IMG/VR virus record: IMGVR_UViG_3300029923_000016
Strand: one strand, 5' to 3'
Origin: an uncultured virus (IMG/VR IMGVR_UViG_3300029923_000016)
Lineage: Duplodnaviria > Heunggongvirae > Uroviricota > Caudoviricetes
DNA length: 64,000 nt
The position numbers were made by a program, and so were the translations under genes. The notes under the pieces were generated by a model. That model did no database searches. It worked only from the letters and a program-made list of their open reading frames with translations, and had not been told where the DNA came from. Shown in pieces: positions 27,835 through 37,221 of the stretch (the first letter of the stretch is position 1; every line of letters starts with the position of its first letter).

Positions 27835-30393
27835 TTAGTTACTCTTCTTAGCCGGTGCGGGCCTCTTAGCCGCCAGCTTGGCTTGTTCAAGCTGCTGCTC
27901 CAGGGTCATCTCGTGCTTGGCCATGTCATGGGCTTGGCTGGAATGATGGGTGTGTAAATCAACGGCATGCTTAGTGTGGCCGTCATGTTTTTTAGCATTT
28001 AATTCAAGCTGCTTGATATGGATATTAGCGCCGAGTTGGGCGCCGGCGGTCTCACTTTGGTCTTGCAGCTTGGCGCCTTGCAGTTGTAAACCCGCTTGTT
28101 TAATGGCGATATCGGCGTCGTCCTTTTTAGCCTTGCGTTGTAAATCTTGCGCTTTAAGCTGCAGCTCTTGTTGCTGGAGCTGAATCACCGGGTCTTGGGA
28201 TTTGGCGGCGTTCTCTTGCGCCTGCTGCGCTTGTACATTCTGTTGCAATAGCTGTTGACTTGCTTTGGCAGCCAGCTGAGATACTTGTAGCTCCATTTCC
28301 ATAGGGATGCCAATCTGCTCATCCTCATCCTCCGGACTGCCGTAAGTGGGAAGGGGCTGGCCCATCGCCTGCTCAATTTGTTTACGATACTCATAGCCCA
28401 GATGCTCGGCAATATGAGCGCTAAGAGCAGCCTCGAGGGCCTGTAGGGCTTGGGGATTGTTGCCATACGCACCTTGTAGGACGGACATCACTTTAGGGTC
28501 GTGCATGGCCGCCATGTGCACGGTGATATGGGCTTGGTGGTCTTGGTATAAAAACGCTTTGACCGGCTTGCCTTTGAGGATATCCTGGTTCTCGGTCACC
28601 GGGTCACGGGGTTTGGCGTCGCCGGGCATCGGGATAAGCTTCTGGTAGTCTTTAATACCTAGCACCTCTAACATCTGCCGATGTAGTAAAGGCATGTCAT
28701 ACAACTGCGGTGCGCCTTGGGCCAGTTGTAAAACCGCTTGGTACTGTACCACGCGTTGGGCGAGTGTCGCGGCGTTGGGGTCACTAACCGGGATGACGGC
28801 GACTTGCTTATAATCAGAGCGTTTAGCAGAGCGTCCGCCTTCTTCCGGTTCATAAGAGTAAGTCTGCGGCGTGTAGTCCCTGATGATGTCCCGTAAGAGC
28901 TGGAGCTCGCGTTTCATTGAGTAATGGATGCGGGCTTGGATCGCCGACATCATTTTTAAGGTACGTTCAAGTACAGCCAGGGTTGTGCCGACGGGCGAGT
29001 TGGAGCTCATATCGGACACGGCCAAGTCAGCGCTGCCGGCGAATTTGCGGCCTTCTTCTACTATTGCTTGGAGCAACTGGAAGAGGGTTTGAGACGGCTC
29101 TTTGTAGGGCAGCGGCATGAAATTGTCACGCAAGGTGCCGGATGGCACGTCGACGTCGCGCCACTCACCGGGGCCTATCGGCGTGTCGTCGCCTTTGACG
29201 CGCAGACCATTGGCCTTGAAGCCGCCGGGGAGATTAGACAAGGTACCCGCGTCAACCAACTGGCGGATTAAGCTGGTGCCGGACTTGGCGAAGGAGCCAA
29301 TCAAGTTGACTAAGCCTAGGTTGTAAAAGCCAAAGGCCGGGATGTAGCCATAATGGACAAAATGGTTACGGCGGATTTGCTTTACATCGTCGGGGTCCCA
29401 GTTACGTCTAATGGCTAAGATGCTGGTGGTGCCTTTTTCTAGGGTGACGATGTAGGGTAATTCGATGCCGGTGGCATGGCCTTTGTCGTCTTTATGGGGG
29501 AAATCATCTAAATCAAGATTGACCTGCATCTCCAGGAGCTTGAAGCGGTCGTCTTGCGTCGCAGAGAAGCCTAAGCGCTCGGCAATTTGCTTCTCGATGT
29601 CGTCTAAGGTGTTGGACGGCTCGCCGAGCTCGACGTCCCGGTAAAAGCCGGCGTAAATCAATTTATTGACATCGTTCTTGGTCTTGCGCATGACATGGGT
29701 GATGCGCTCGGAGGACTCCAGGGATGCTGCGCCATAAGGGACGACGACATCATCGGCAGAGACGAACATGGAGACTTGGCGGCCTAGGCTGGGGTCGAAG
29801 TATACCTTCTTGAACGCATTCCCTGCGACCGCTAAACTAAACAACATACGCTCGTGGTCTGGACGCATTTCCACCATCTGTTCTGTTAAAGCCCAGTTCA
29901 TGTCGGACTGTACACGCTCAGCAGCCTCTTTGAGGTCTTGCGTCTCCTTACCGATTATCTTGGTTTTACATGGGCCCATGGCGGGCCAAGTGGCTGTAAT
30001 GACCTCACTGGCAAACTTTACACAGGCCTCAGTCAATAGAGGATGTACAATAGCACACGCCCCAGGCCATGGCTCTGTGCGCTCATCGAGACTTTTAATT
30101 CCAAGCAACTCTATCCCGTCCACATAGGTCTGTAGCCAGTCACGACGCGACATTTGGTCTTCATCGTAGTCCGCAAGCAGCTCACCGGATATCTTAGTTA
30201 GCTCCGCTTCGCTTAGTCTATCGGCAAGGTTCTCACCAAACTCGTCATCTTCAGGCTCTGGCATAATGTCTATGCCGTTGATGGAGACCGACTCAGGGTC
30301 ATCAATTTCTATCTGGAGCTCGTCGAAATCTAACGGGGGCTGGAGGGCGCCTAAGCCTGTCGGCGCGGGGTTCAATGCGGGGGATATGGGCAT
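27835..30393 (-). CDS. Portal protein (podovirus P22-like)
   Basis: 852 aa after TerL; GNAFKKVYFD, LVDAGTLSNLPGG, Gln-rich C-terminal barrel. Confidence 0.9.
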   Translation of the reverse strand: MPISPALNPAPTGLGALQPPLDFDELQIEIDDPESVSINGIDIMPEPEDDEFGENLADRLSEAELTKISGELLADYDEDQMSRRDWLQTYVDGIELLGIKSLDERTEPWPGACAIVHPLLTEACVKFASEVITATWPAMGPCKTKIIGKETQDLKEAAERVQSDMNWALTEQMVEMRPDHERMLFSLAVAGNAFKKVYFDPSLGRQVSMFVSADDVVVPYGAASLESSERITHVMRKTKNDVNKLIYAGFYRDVELGEPSNTLDDIEKQIAERLGFSATQDDRFKLLEMQVNLDLDDFPHKDDKGHATGIELPYIVTLEKGTTSILAIRRNWDPDDVKQIRRNHFVHYGYIPAFGFYNLGLVNLIGSFAKSGTSLIRQLVDAGTLSNLPGGFKANGLRVKGDDTPIGPGEWRDVDVPSGTLRDNFMPLPYKEPSQTLFQLLQAIVEEGRKFAGSADLAVSDMSSNSPVGTTLAVLERTLKMMSAIQARIHYSMKRELQLLRDIIRDYTPQTYSYEPEEGGRSAKRSDYKQVAVIPVSDPNAATLAQRVVQYQAVLQLAQGAPQLYDMPLLHRQMLEVLGIKDYQKLIPMPGDAKPRDPVTENQDILKGKPVKAFLYQDHQAHITVHMAAMHDPKVMSVLQGAYGNNPQALQALEAALSAHIAEHLGYEYRKQIEQAMGQPLPTYGSPEDEDEQIGIPMEMELQVSQLAAKASQQLLQQNVQAQQAQENAAKSQDPVIQLQQQELQLKAQDLQRKAKKDDADIAIKQAGLQLQGAKLQDQSETAGAQLGANIHIKQLELNAKKHDGHTKHAVDLHTHHSSQAHDMAKHEMTLEQQLEQAKLAAKRPAPAKKSN

Positions 30394-30395
30394 AG

Positions 30396-30608
30396 CTATC
30401 TCCTAAATGGCAATAGCCCGGGGCCGCCGGGAAAGATGCCGATACAATTGAGTACGGCAATCAGGACTAATAAGCCAAACAAGAGGCGGATGAGCATGAT
30501 AACGGGTGGTGGTAGGGGCAAGAACTGTGCCAGCAAGGTCTCGATAATGTACAGTACAATAAGTGCTACGATAATCCAGATGATGAGGTAGACCAAACAG
30601 CTAAGCAT
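30396..30608 (-). CDS. Small 2-TM membrane protein
   Basis: Two hydrophobic helices joined by PLPPP. Confidence 0.65.
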   Translation of the reverse strand: MLSCLVYLIIWIIVALIVLYIIETLLAQFLPLPPPVIMLIRLLFGLLVLIAVLNCIGIFPGGPGLLPFRR

Positions 30609-31281
30609 GACGATTTCCTTTAACGAAATTTAACTTGGCAGGGATAATCTGGAGATTGCTTGGAACGTGCAGTCCGGACACTTTCTTGCCTCGTAGTGGA
30701 ATGATGTGGTCAACATTGCATTGTACGCCAGTTAGGCGCGTGCGCAACTCTGAAAGTATGTAAATCTCTTCCATCATCCATAAGTCTAGTGGGGAAAGCC
30801 AAGTGGGGGTACGCTGTGCTTTAGCTATTTCTCGCAAGTTCTTTTTAGCTCTGACCTTACCAGGATTATTTTGGCGATATGCCCTAGCCGTAGCGGACAT
30901 ACGCGCTCGGTTATTGTCCCTCCATATAGCCGCGAGTTTTGAAATACGCTCAGTATTTGAGTAATACCAATTCCTACACATCGCTATATACTTTTCCTTA
31001 TTTGCCTCTCTCCAAGCCTGGCACCGAGCTAACTCCTTTTCGGGGTTTTCTTGTCGCCAGCGTTTATTATTGGCTAAGTCTATATCCTTCCTTTTTGCGT
31101 ATTGGGTTTTGCTATATTCTGCTACCTTATCCGGGTTAGCCCTACGCCACGCCAAGCTTCTGGCATATATCTCTGCTTTATGCTGTTCTCTATATCCTTT
31201 AGCCTGAGCAGCCAGCTTCTCTTTATTTGCGTAATAATACGCTCTTTGTTGTGCTTTTCTTTCTTCGTGTGTCAGTGCCAT
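30601..31281 (-). CDS. HNH homing endonuclease
   Basis: VDHIIPLRGKKVSGLHVPSNLQII; W...N repeats; sits between TerL and portal. Confidence 0.88.
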   Translation of the reverse strand: MALTHEERKAQQRAYYYANKEKLAAQAKGYREQHKAEIYARSLAWRRANPDKVAEYSKTQYAKRKDIDLANNKRWRQENPEKELARCQAWREANKEKYIAMCRNWYYSNTERISKLAAIWRDNNRARMSATARAYRQNNPGKVRAKKNLREIAKAQRTPTWLSPLDLWMMEEIYILSELRTRLTGVQCNVDHIIPLRGKKVSGLHVPSNLQIIPAKLNFVKGNRHA

Positions 31282-31307
31282 TTTGGGGCTCCTATGTTTG
31301 ATAGGGG

Positions 31308-32801
31308 TTAATAATACGCAACGCGTTTAGAGCTCTTAAAATACCTTATTTCGTCTTCTAAGTCCATCGTTGATTTGATGAATCCACCTGTACGAAAGTA
31401 GGCTAACGCCATGGATACGCAGTCAACGAGGTCATCATGGTCTCCCTGAGGGAAACTGGCGACTTCTTCAATAACTTCGTCCGCCCAGCGTCGGTTTGGC
31501 GCCCATACACGGCCCGAATTGAACAAATCAGTCGTCATAGAGAGCCTTGCGACCTTGTCGCCCGTGACCCGCGTTGGTGTGAATTCAGAACACGGGATGC
31601 CAGCGCTACGGAGCTCATAGATTAATGGCGCTCCCGAAGCTTTCTTCTCTATAATCACCTTATCTGATTGATATTCTTCAACTTTTTCCCTTGCCATCTG
31701 TTTTAGGCGGGTAAAAATACACTTTTCACGCACCATGTCCAACATGATAATGTTGGCTTGTGGCAACCCCGCGTCGTCGTCTTTGTAAAACACACCCCAG
31801 GTGATAATCGCTGAATAATCGGCGCGTTGATGCTTCTCGAAAGCGGTATCCATGGTTTGAAGTACAAATTCGATGGGCGGAGGGTTATCTGGCTCCCAAC
31901 GCATCCAATCCGTGCGCTTTACTATCGCAGATTCATCTCCGGTTGGATTCTGCTGATATTGTGCATTCCATTTTGGCACTGAAATGGCGTTTTTGGTCGC
32001 TAAAATCTCAGCCATTGGCCAAAACTGAGGCCAAAGTGGGTTACCCGACGGCAGAATTGCAGGAAAACTGACATGCTTCCAGGTCTCCGTGTCGTTTAAA
32101 GCGGCATGGTTGAGGATTTGCGCGGTTAAATCTCGTTTACTCCAGCGGGTCATAACGACAACTATTTTGCCACCGGGTTGAAGCCGCTGGCGCGGGCCAC
32201 TAGTATACCAGTCATAGACCTTGTCGTAGACCTCAGGCGTAGTAATGGCTTGAAGGGATTGCTGCTCATCGTGGGGATCATCTAACACAATGAGTCCGCC
32301 GCCAATCCCGGTACAACTTCCACTCACGCCTATCGCATAGTAACTCCCTCCGAAGTTGGTGTTCCACCGTCCAGCCGCTTTTGAGTCCGCTTGTAATGCT
32401 ACGGTCGGGAAAATCTCCCGATACGCATCGGTATCGATCATATTACGAACCCGGCGACCGAAGCCGACCGCCAACTCAGCGGTGACGGAGCATTGCAGCA
32501 CCTTATCATCCGGATATTTACCTAAATACCATGCCGGGAGCAGTACACTAGCGAACTCTGACTTGGTTGAGCGTGGGGGCATATTGATAATCAGCCGATT
32601 ACTCTCACCTCTGTCGAGCGCTTCAAACTCTGCCGCCATTCTGAAGTGGTGGCGGCCTTCAATAAAGGTGGGCCACATGTGCTTCACAAACGCCAGGAAA
32701 GACTTGCGGCACAGCTCCTGGTGCTTGCGGCGTTTGAGCTCTTGTATTAAAGCCTCGAGGCGCTCACGGTCGGAGGGGGAGAGGTCAGTCAGAGCAGCCA
32801 A
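31308..32801 (-). CDS. terL: Terminase large subunit
   Basis: INMPPRSTKS (Walker A), IVLDDP (Walker B), MTRW, DTA, HDDLVD nuclease motifs. Confidence 0.93.
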   Translation of the reverse strand: MAALTDLSPSDRERLEALIQELKRRKHQELCRKSFLAFVKHMWPTFIEGRHHFRMAAEFEALDRGESNRLIINMPPRSTKSEFASVLLPAWYLGKYPDDKVLQCSVTAELAVGFGRRVRNMIDTDAYREIFPTVALQADSKAAGRWNTNFGGSYYAIGVSGSCTGIGGGLIVLDDPHDEQQSLQAITTPEVYDKVYDWYTSGPRQRLQPGGKIVVVMTRWSKRDLTAQILNHAALNDTETWKHVSFPAILPSGNPLWPQFWPMAEILATKNAISVPKWNAQYQQNPTGDESAIVKRTDWMRWEPDNPPPIEFVLQTMDTAFEKHQRADYSAIITWGVFYKDDDAGLPQANIIMLDMVREKCIFTRLKQMAREKVEEYQSDKVIIEKKASGAPLIYELRSAGIPCSEFTPTRVTGDKVARLSMTTDLFNSGRVWAPNRRWADEVIEEVASFPQGDHDDLVDCVSMALAYFRTGGFIKSTMDLEDEIRYFKSSKRVAYY

Positions 32802-33021
32802 TAGAGTAACCCCATCGCCAGTAGCCAGAGTAAAGCAAACGTTAAGACAATATTAATTAACATGCATCCCTCGCTTCGCTCGGGGATGATTCGTGCGGCT
32901 GCTGCGCAGTCTTATTCATCATCGCTCCACATGTTGATAATGGCAATAAGCCCGGCTATTATAAAGAACACCAACGCTATCATGTGACCACCAAAGAGCT
33001 CGACGACTATCCCCGGGGCGC

Positions 33022-33657
33022 TCATCCCTCACCGCGCAGCTCCTCGTCAGTGAGCTCGCCCCTTGCTTCGCGCTCTAAGGACAACTGGCTCTGGACATCA
33101 GACAGCTCGCCCTCTAGTACACCTAAATCATACCCTCTTAGAAGGCGATGCAGCTCTTCTTCGAGGTCGGCGGTGGGGCGTTGCTCTATTGAGATTTCTA
33201 TCTTGTTAGCAAACAGCCCGACTTCGGCGACTTTGCCGAGGAGCTCGATGGACTTGAGCTTGACGGAGTCGGAACTTGCCTTTTCTGCGAGGTCAAAGAG
33301 GTTGTACAAGACATAGTTGCGCATCTTGTTGGTGGCGCCGAGCATGGTGTAATCATATTTGGTTAACAGTGCTTCGAGGTGTAGCGCTGCGCCGGGAGTG
33401 CGGGGGGCTTCGGGCGCGTCGGGGTTGCCCATGAAGATAGCCCGGGCTTGGTCCCGGTCGTCCTCGGTTATATTAATCGGTAGGCCAAAGGCTTTTAGAA
33501 ATTCTGCGGTGTTAAAGGCGGCTTTGGCGCGCTGGCGGACGTCTTCCAATTCTTCGGGGCGTCGTGGTTTGGGCAAGGGATGGTGCCAATCAATCTGGGG
33601 GTTTAGTGCGGTGGTCATAGTGGGCGGCGTCTGAGGGTGGCAGTATCCAGATATCAT
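33022..33657 (-). CDS. Probable terminase small subunit
   Basis: Upstream of TerL; KLKSIELLGK..EVGLF motif. Confidence 0.65.
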   Translation of the reverse strand: MISGYCHPQTPPTMTTALNPQIDWHHPLPKPRRPEELEDVRQRAKAAFNTAEFLKAFGLPINITEDDRDQARAIFMGNPDAPEAPRTPGAALHLEALLTKYDYTMLGATNKMRNYVLYNLFDLAEKASSDSVKLKSIELLGKVAEVGLFANKIEISIEQRPTADLEEELHRLLRGYDLGVLEGELSDVQSQLSLEREARGELTDEELRGEG

Positions 33658-33661
33658 AGTC

Positions 33662-34309
33662 TTAAGACTTTATCTTAGCAATAATCTCTTTGAGGTGCTC
33701 CCAGTCTCGAACTAGCCCAAGATTAATAAGCTGGCAGAGCTTCGCCTCCAATTCATAACGCGTGCGTTGGGCATGTGCATCAGCCACGGCCTGATTCCAA
33801 GTGGCACTTCCACTGTCACTTAGTATTTTACACTTGTCTCTAATCATTATTGCCAACTGGATGTATCTACCTTTATTGTCTCCACTCGGAGAGGGTATGT
33901 GCTCAGCTATTGCCGCGTTAAGCATTTTAAACTCGTCACCCCCCAGTACACGGAACTCCAGCAGTTTCCCTTCGATAAAAGTCTTATGTACCTTAACATG
34001 AAATTCGGGGCTTATTTGTTCAGCTAACAATACAGCTACGGATATGTGTCCATAGTGTCGCACACCTTTACCTTTACCTATTGTACATAAAAATGCCTCC
34101 TTTGGGAGCTCCCAAATACGTGCAGCCGCCTCGACATACTCCTCCAGGTATTTAGAGCTTAAGAACTTGTTTAGCTGTCGGACGGGCATCCCCTTCTTTA
34201 ACCGATGAATATTGCCCGCCTCCATCAACGAAACTAAATCGACACCCCACTCAGTGGAAGCGAAAACTATCTCGCTGTCTACGTCTACTTTTAATATTTG
34301 TGGTTTCAT
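33662..34309 (-). CDS. KilA-N-like DNA-binding protein
   Basis: GKGKG..HYGH..VA..LAE.ISPEFHVKV. Confidence 0.7.
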   Translation of the reverse strand: MKPQILKVDVDSEIVFASTEWGVDLVSLMEAGNIHRLKKGMPVRQLNKFLSSKYLEEYVEAAARIWELPKEAFLCTIGKGKGVRHYGHISVAVLLAEQISPEFHVKVHKTFIEGKLLEFRVLGGDEFKMLNAAIAEHIPSPSGDNKGRYIQLAIMIRDKCKILSDSGSATWNQAVADAHAQRTRYELEAKLCQLINLGLVRDWEHLKEIIAKIKS

Positions 34310-34649
34310 AAATTTCTCCGAGTAAAAGGAAAATATTATAAAGGCGTTCCGGAATAAACGCAAATTTTTTATAAAAAATTATTTTTTAGAAATCTAAATA
34401 CCTTACAAGGTGTAGGGTCTTTGGGTAGGGAGTGGTCGTCGGGAATCTGAAATGGTATGGAGATATAACGGGACTCCTTCGATGGTATTTTGCTTGGGGC
34501 GGGGTCGCCAAGTCCATCCCGCTAGTAAAGTCCCACTTTACATCCAGTATGCGAACGTTTTGCGCTTGGTATAATCCTTGCTACGTGTGTGCGCTACAAT
34601 ATATCCAGCAATCCAAAGTTATAGCCATTATAACCTTGTAAATAAATAC

Positions 34650-34679
34650 TTGACTAACTACTCCAGAGTATGAGATAAT
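34650..34679 (+). promoter_or_regulatory. Early sigma70-like promoter
   Basis: TTGACT-18 bp-GATAAT; TTGAC(A/T)AACTA shared with promoters at 41039 and 57424. Confidence 0.55.
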
Positions 34680-34758
34680 ATAGGCTCAAGTCAGAGTTAT
34701 GAACTGACTTGGCAAAGTTAGAACTTTGAATCAATCACCCTTTTATGGAATCAAGACA

Positions 34759-35754
34759 ATGAACATCCAAACTGAAAAACAAACGATCGACTTAACTGTT
34801 TCTTTGCACAAGCTTTTTGACTTACGGGAAGGACACGCCAATTTAATTGGGCAATTGGAGTCTAATCAGGAAGCGGGTGACAAGCTTTTACTGGCTATTA
34901 GAAGAGCGGGTTATGCGCAAGTGCAATCGGGTAGTGAGTGCCGTACCAAAGTCAACCCACCAAAGACTGGCTATTTCCCTTACCCAATTGTAAAGGAGGA
35001 GTTGACTACTCGGTTTATTGCCAAGTGTGAAAAGGATAAGAAAACTTACACACCCAAGCAATTGGCTGACTATTTGAAACAACAGATATTCATATTGAAT
35101 AACTGGCTTAAGACTGGTAAGTTTAGCAGTAATGTAAGCATGACGAACCGTCGCGACGAGTACAAAACGGCTATGGATAACCTGGCCAGTGCTACACACC
35201 AAAAAGAGCTGGATAAGCAAATTTTGACTATTACTCAAATCAAAGCCAGTGAAGCGCGTAAGGTAGTAAATGACACACAAGCGCAAGTTAAAAAGCTTGG
35301 CTTAACGCTCAAAGCTTCCAGCGATAAAGACATCATAGACACGCTTAATGGGCAAATAGCAGAGCTTATGATGGATAAAATAGCTTTTGAGAAAACTGCT
35401 AAAGGTTTAGAAGACTTGGTTATTAAGCAACAAAAAGCGCTTGATGGTGCGGTTGAAAAAGTTATCAAGGCAACGGGCGAGGTTATCGAAAAAGAGGGTA
35501 AGTTACCGGGTAAGGGCAAGGGCAAGGGCAAGCCAAAAGCGCCAAGTGCGGGCACAGACGCCGATGGCAAAACGAATCACGACCCAAGTACAAACAAAAT
35601 TAGCTTTAAGTCAGGTATCGCCACCGACGCGGAAGAAGAAGTAGTAGAATTTTGTGAGCATATGTTTAGCCATTTGACTACCCGTCAATTAATGTCCGCA
35701 TTTGTAAAGCTTAAAACTGAACTGGGTAGCGTTGCAGACTTTGCAACGTTATAA
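34759..35754 (+). CDS. Early hypothetical coiled-coil protein
   Basis: First long ORF of the rightward arm. Confidence 0.7.
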   Translation: MNIQTEKQTIDLTVSLHKLFDLREGHANLIGQLESNQEAGDKLLLAIRRAGYAQVQSGSECRTKVNPPKTGYFPYPIVKEELTTRFIAKCEKDKKTYTPKQLADYLKQQIFILNNWLKTGKFSSNVSMTNRRDEYKTAMDNLASATHQKELDKQILTITQIKASEARKVVNDTQAQVKKLGLTLKASSDKDIIDTLNGQIAELMMDKIAFEKTAKGLEDLVIKQQKALDGAVEKVIKATGEVIEKEGKLPGKGKGKGKPKAPSAGTDADGKTNHDPSTNKISFKSGIATDAEEEVVEFCEHMFSHLTTRQLMSAFVKLKTELGSVADFATL

Positions 35755-35782
35755 CGCGTTATAACCTATTGGAGTTTTACAA

Positions 35783-35992
35783 ATGATTGAATTAATACCA
35801 GCGTACGGACGTACATATAGTGATACTAACGCCATGCTTAACGCTTGGTTAAATGGCTCTGACTTTAAAGTTAAGAATGGCGGACCCTATTGTTCGATAC
35901 GGGACGTGGACCAACTCAAATCAGACGGTTATCAATTGGTCCGCTTGTACCCTAATAGGCTACAAGCGCATTTTTTAACTAAAGTATTGTAA
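35783..35992 (+). CDS. Hypothetical protein
   Basis: GGAG RBS; PAYGR...W..G.DF...GPYCSIRD. Confidence 0.65.
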   Translation: MIELIPAYGRTYSDTNAMLNAWLNGSDFKVKNGGPYCSIRDVDQLKSDGYQLVRLYPNRLQAHFLTKVL

Positions 35993-36005
35993 ATCAAACT
36001 TAACT

Positions 36006-36029
36006 AAGCCCGCGAAAGCGGGCTTTTTT
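36006..36029 (+). terminator. Rho-independent terminator
   Basis: AAGCCCGC-gaaa-GCGGGC-TTTTTT. Confidence 0.88.
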
Positions 36030-36060
36030 GTGCCCGAAAGTTTTGCAAAGTGCAGTTTAC

Positions 36061-36777
36061 TAACACCTGTTTCCTAAGGTGACGACAAGGCTAACCATCC
36101 CCTAGGGGCGATGGATAATTGTTGCTTATTTGGATACAATGGCCACTTAGCTTTGGTGTAGTTCTAGCGTGGTGAATACCCCTGATTTGGGGATATTTTA
36201 ACACCTGTTCCCTAAGGTGACGACGAGGCTAAGCGCGTGATTGTGTACATTACTACACGCGGTAAATTACAACTGCATCAAGTGTTAAATTGGGCTTGAT
36301 AAATCAAATCAATCAGTTAAGATAAAACGATGAGTTTTAGATTACTTATATTATATACTACTACTACTACTACCTAATAATAAAAATATATAACCCCCCT
36401 GAGAGTAATTTTTCTTGTACACACTCACTATACTACGCGTAATGGTACGTACGCTTTACATTTGAGACGGGTGGTCGTCTTAGTGAGCCCTCGTTTTTAG
36501 GTGTTTATACTCTTATTATTGGGTATTCACTACTTTACATACATACTATGCCACCTCCAGCCATCAAAGTTAGAACGTTATAACTTCCCCAAACCCGCGC
36601 CCCACAAGAACTGAGACGACCGTCTCACTTTCCTTATCACTCGATAGAAGGCCCGTTTAAAAAACACCCGTTTTTGAAGAAAGTGTACACAATTGTCTTG
36701 TTTTAACCTCAAATCTGTGTATAGTGTACCGCTCAAGGTGATTATTCAAACACCTGTTCCCAAATGAGACGACGAGC
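36061..36777. repeat. Non-coding region with three direct repeats (AACACCTGTT.CC.AA..TGA.GAC) and an AT-rich tract
   Basis: Copies at 36061-36094, 36199-36232 and 36748-36777; (TAC)n and AT-rich run at about 36340-36392. Confidence 0.7.
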
Positions 36778-37221
36778 ATGACACGCACCGAAGAAAAATA
36801 CTACTATGACCACCGGCAGACCAGCCCCGTATCCAGCCCTACGGGCGAGTACCCGTATATCATCCCAACCCCAAGCCACTTAGAGCAAAAACAAGGTAAG
36901 AACTATTGCCGCTACTGTCGGTCATCCTACAGCCAGCGAGCTTTGATAGCTGAACACAGCTATTGTTGGAAATGTAAGCGCGCGCTTGCCTTCATGATTT
37001 ATGGCGACTATTGCAACATACACCACGGTGCTTTGAGGGCGTATTTGTACCTATCACCCAAACAGTGGCAGCGCGATTACGAAGCGTACGCACACAGGCT
37101 AACCCACCCCACGCCGGAGGACGTCGCCAAAGAAAAAGCGTGGGAAGAAAGGGTAGCGCGCCTGGATACAATCCGTGCAATCGGCGCACAAATCGCACGT
37201 GGCGAGGTGATTTATGACTAA
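36778..37221 (+). CDS. Hypothetical zinc-finger protein
   Basis: CRYC...CWKC. Confidence 0.6.
   Translation: MTRTEEKYYYDHRQTSPVSSPTGEYPYIIPTPSHLEQKQGKNYCRYCRSSYSQRALIAEHSYCWKCKRALAFMIYGDYCNIHHGALRAYLYLSPKQWQRDYEAYAHRLTHPTPEDVAKEKAWEERVARLDTIRAIGAQIARGEVIYD

Noticed and set aside
36061..36232. Mini-CRISPR made of the 34-nt repeats
   Set aside because: Only two close copies, 104 nt apart, with a third about 500 nt away.
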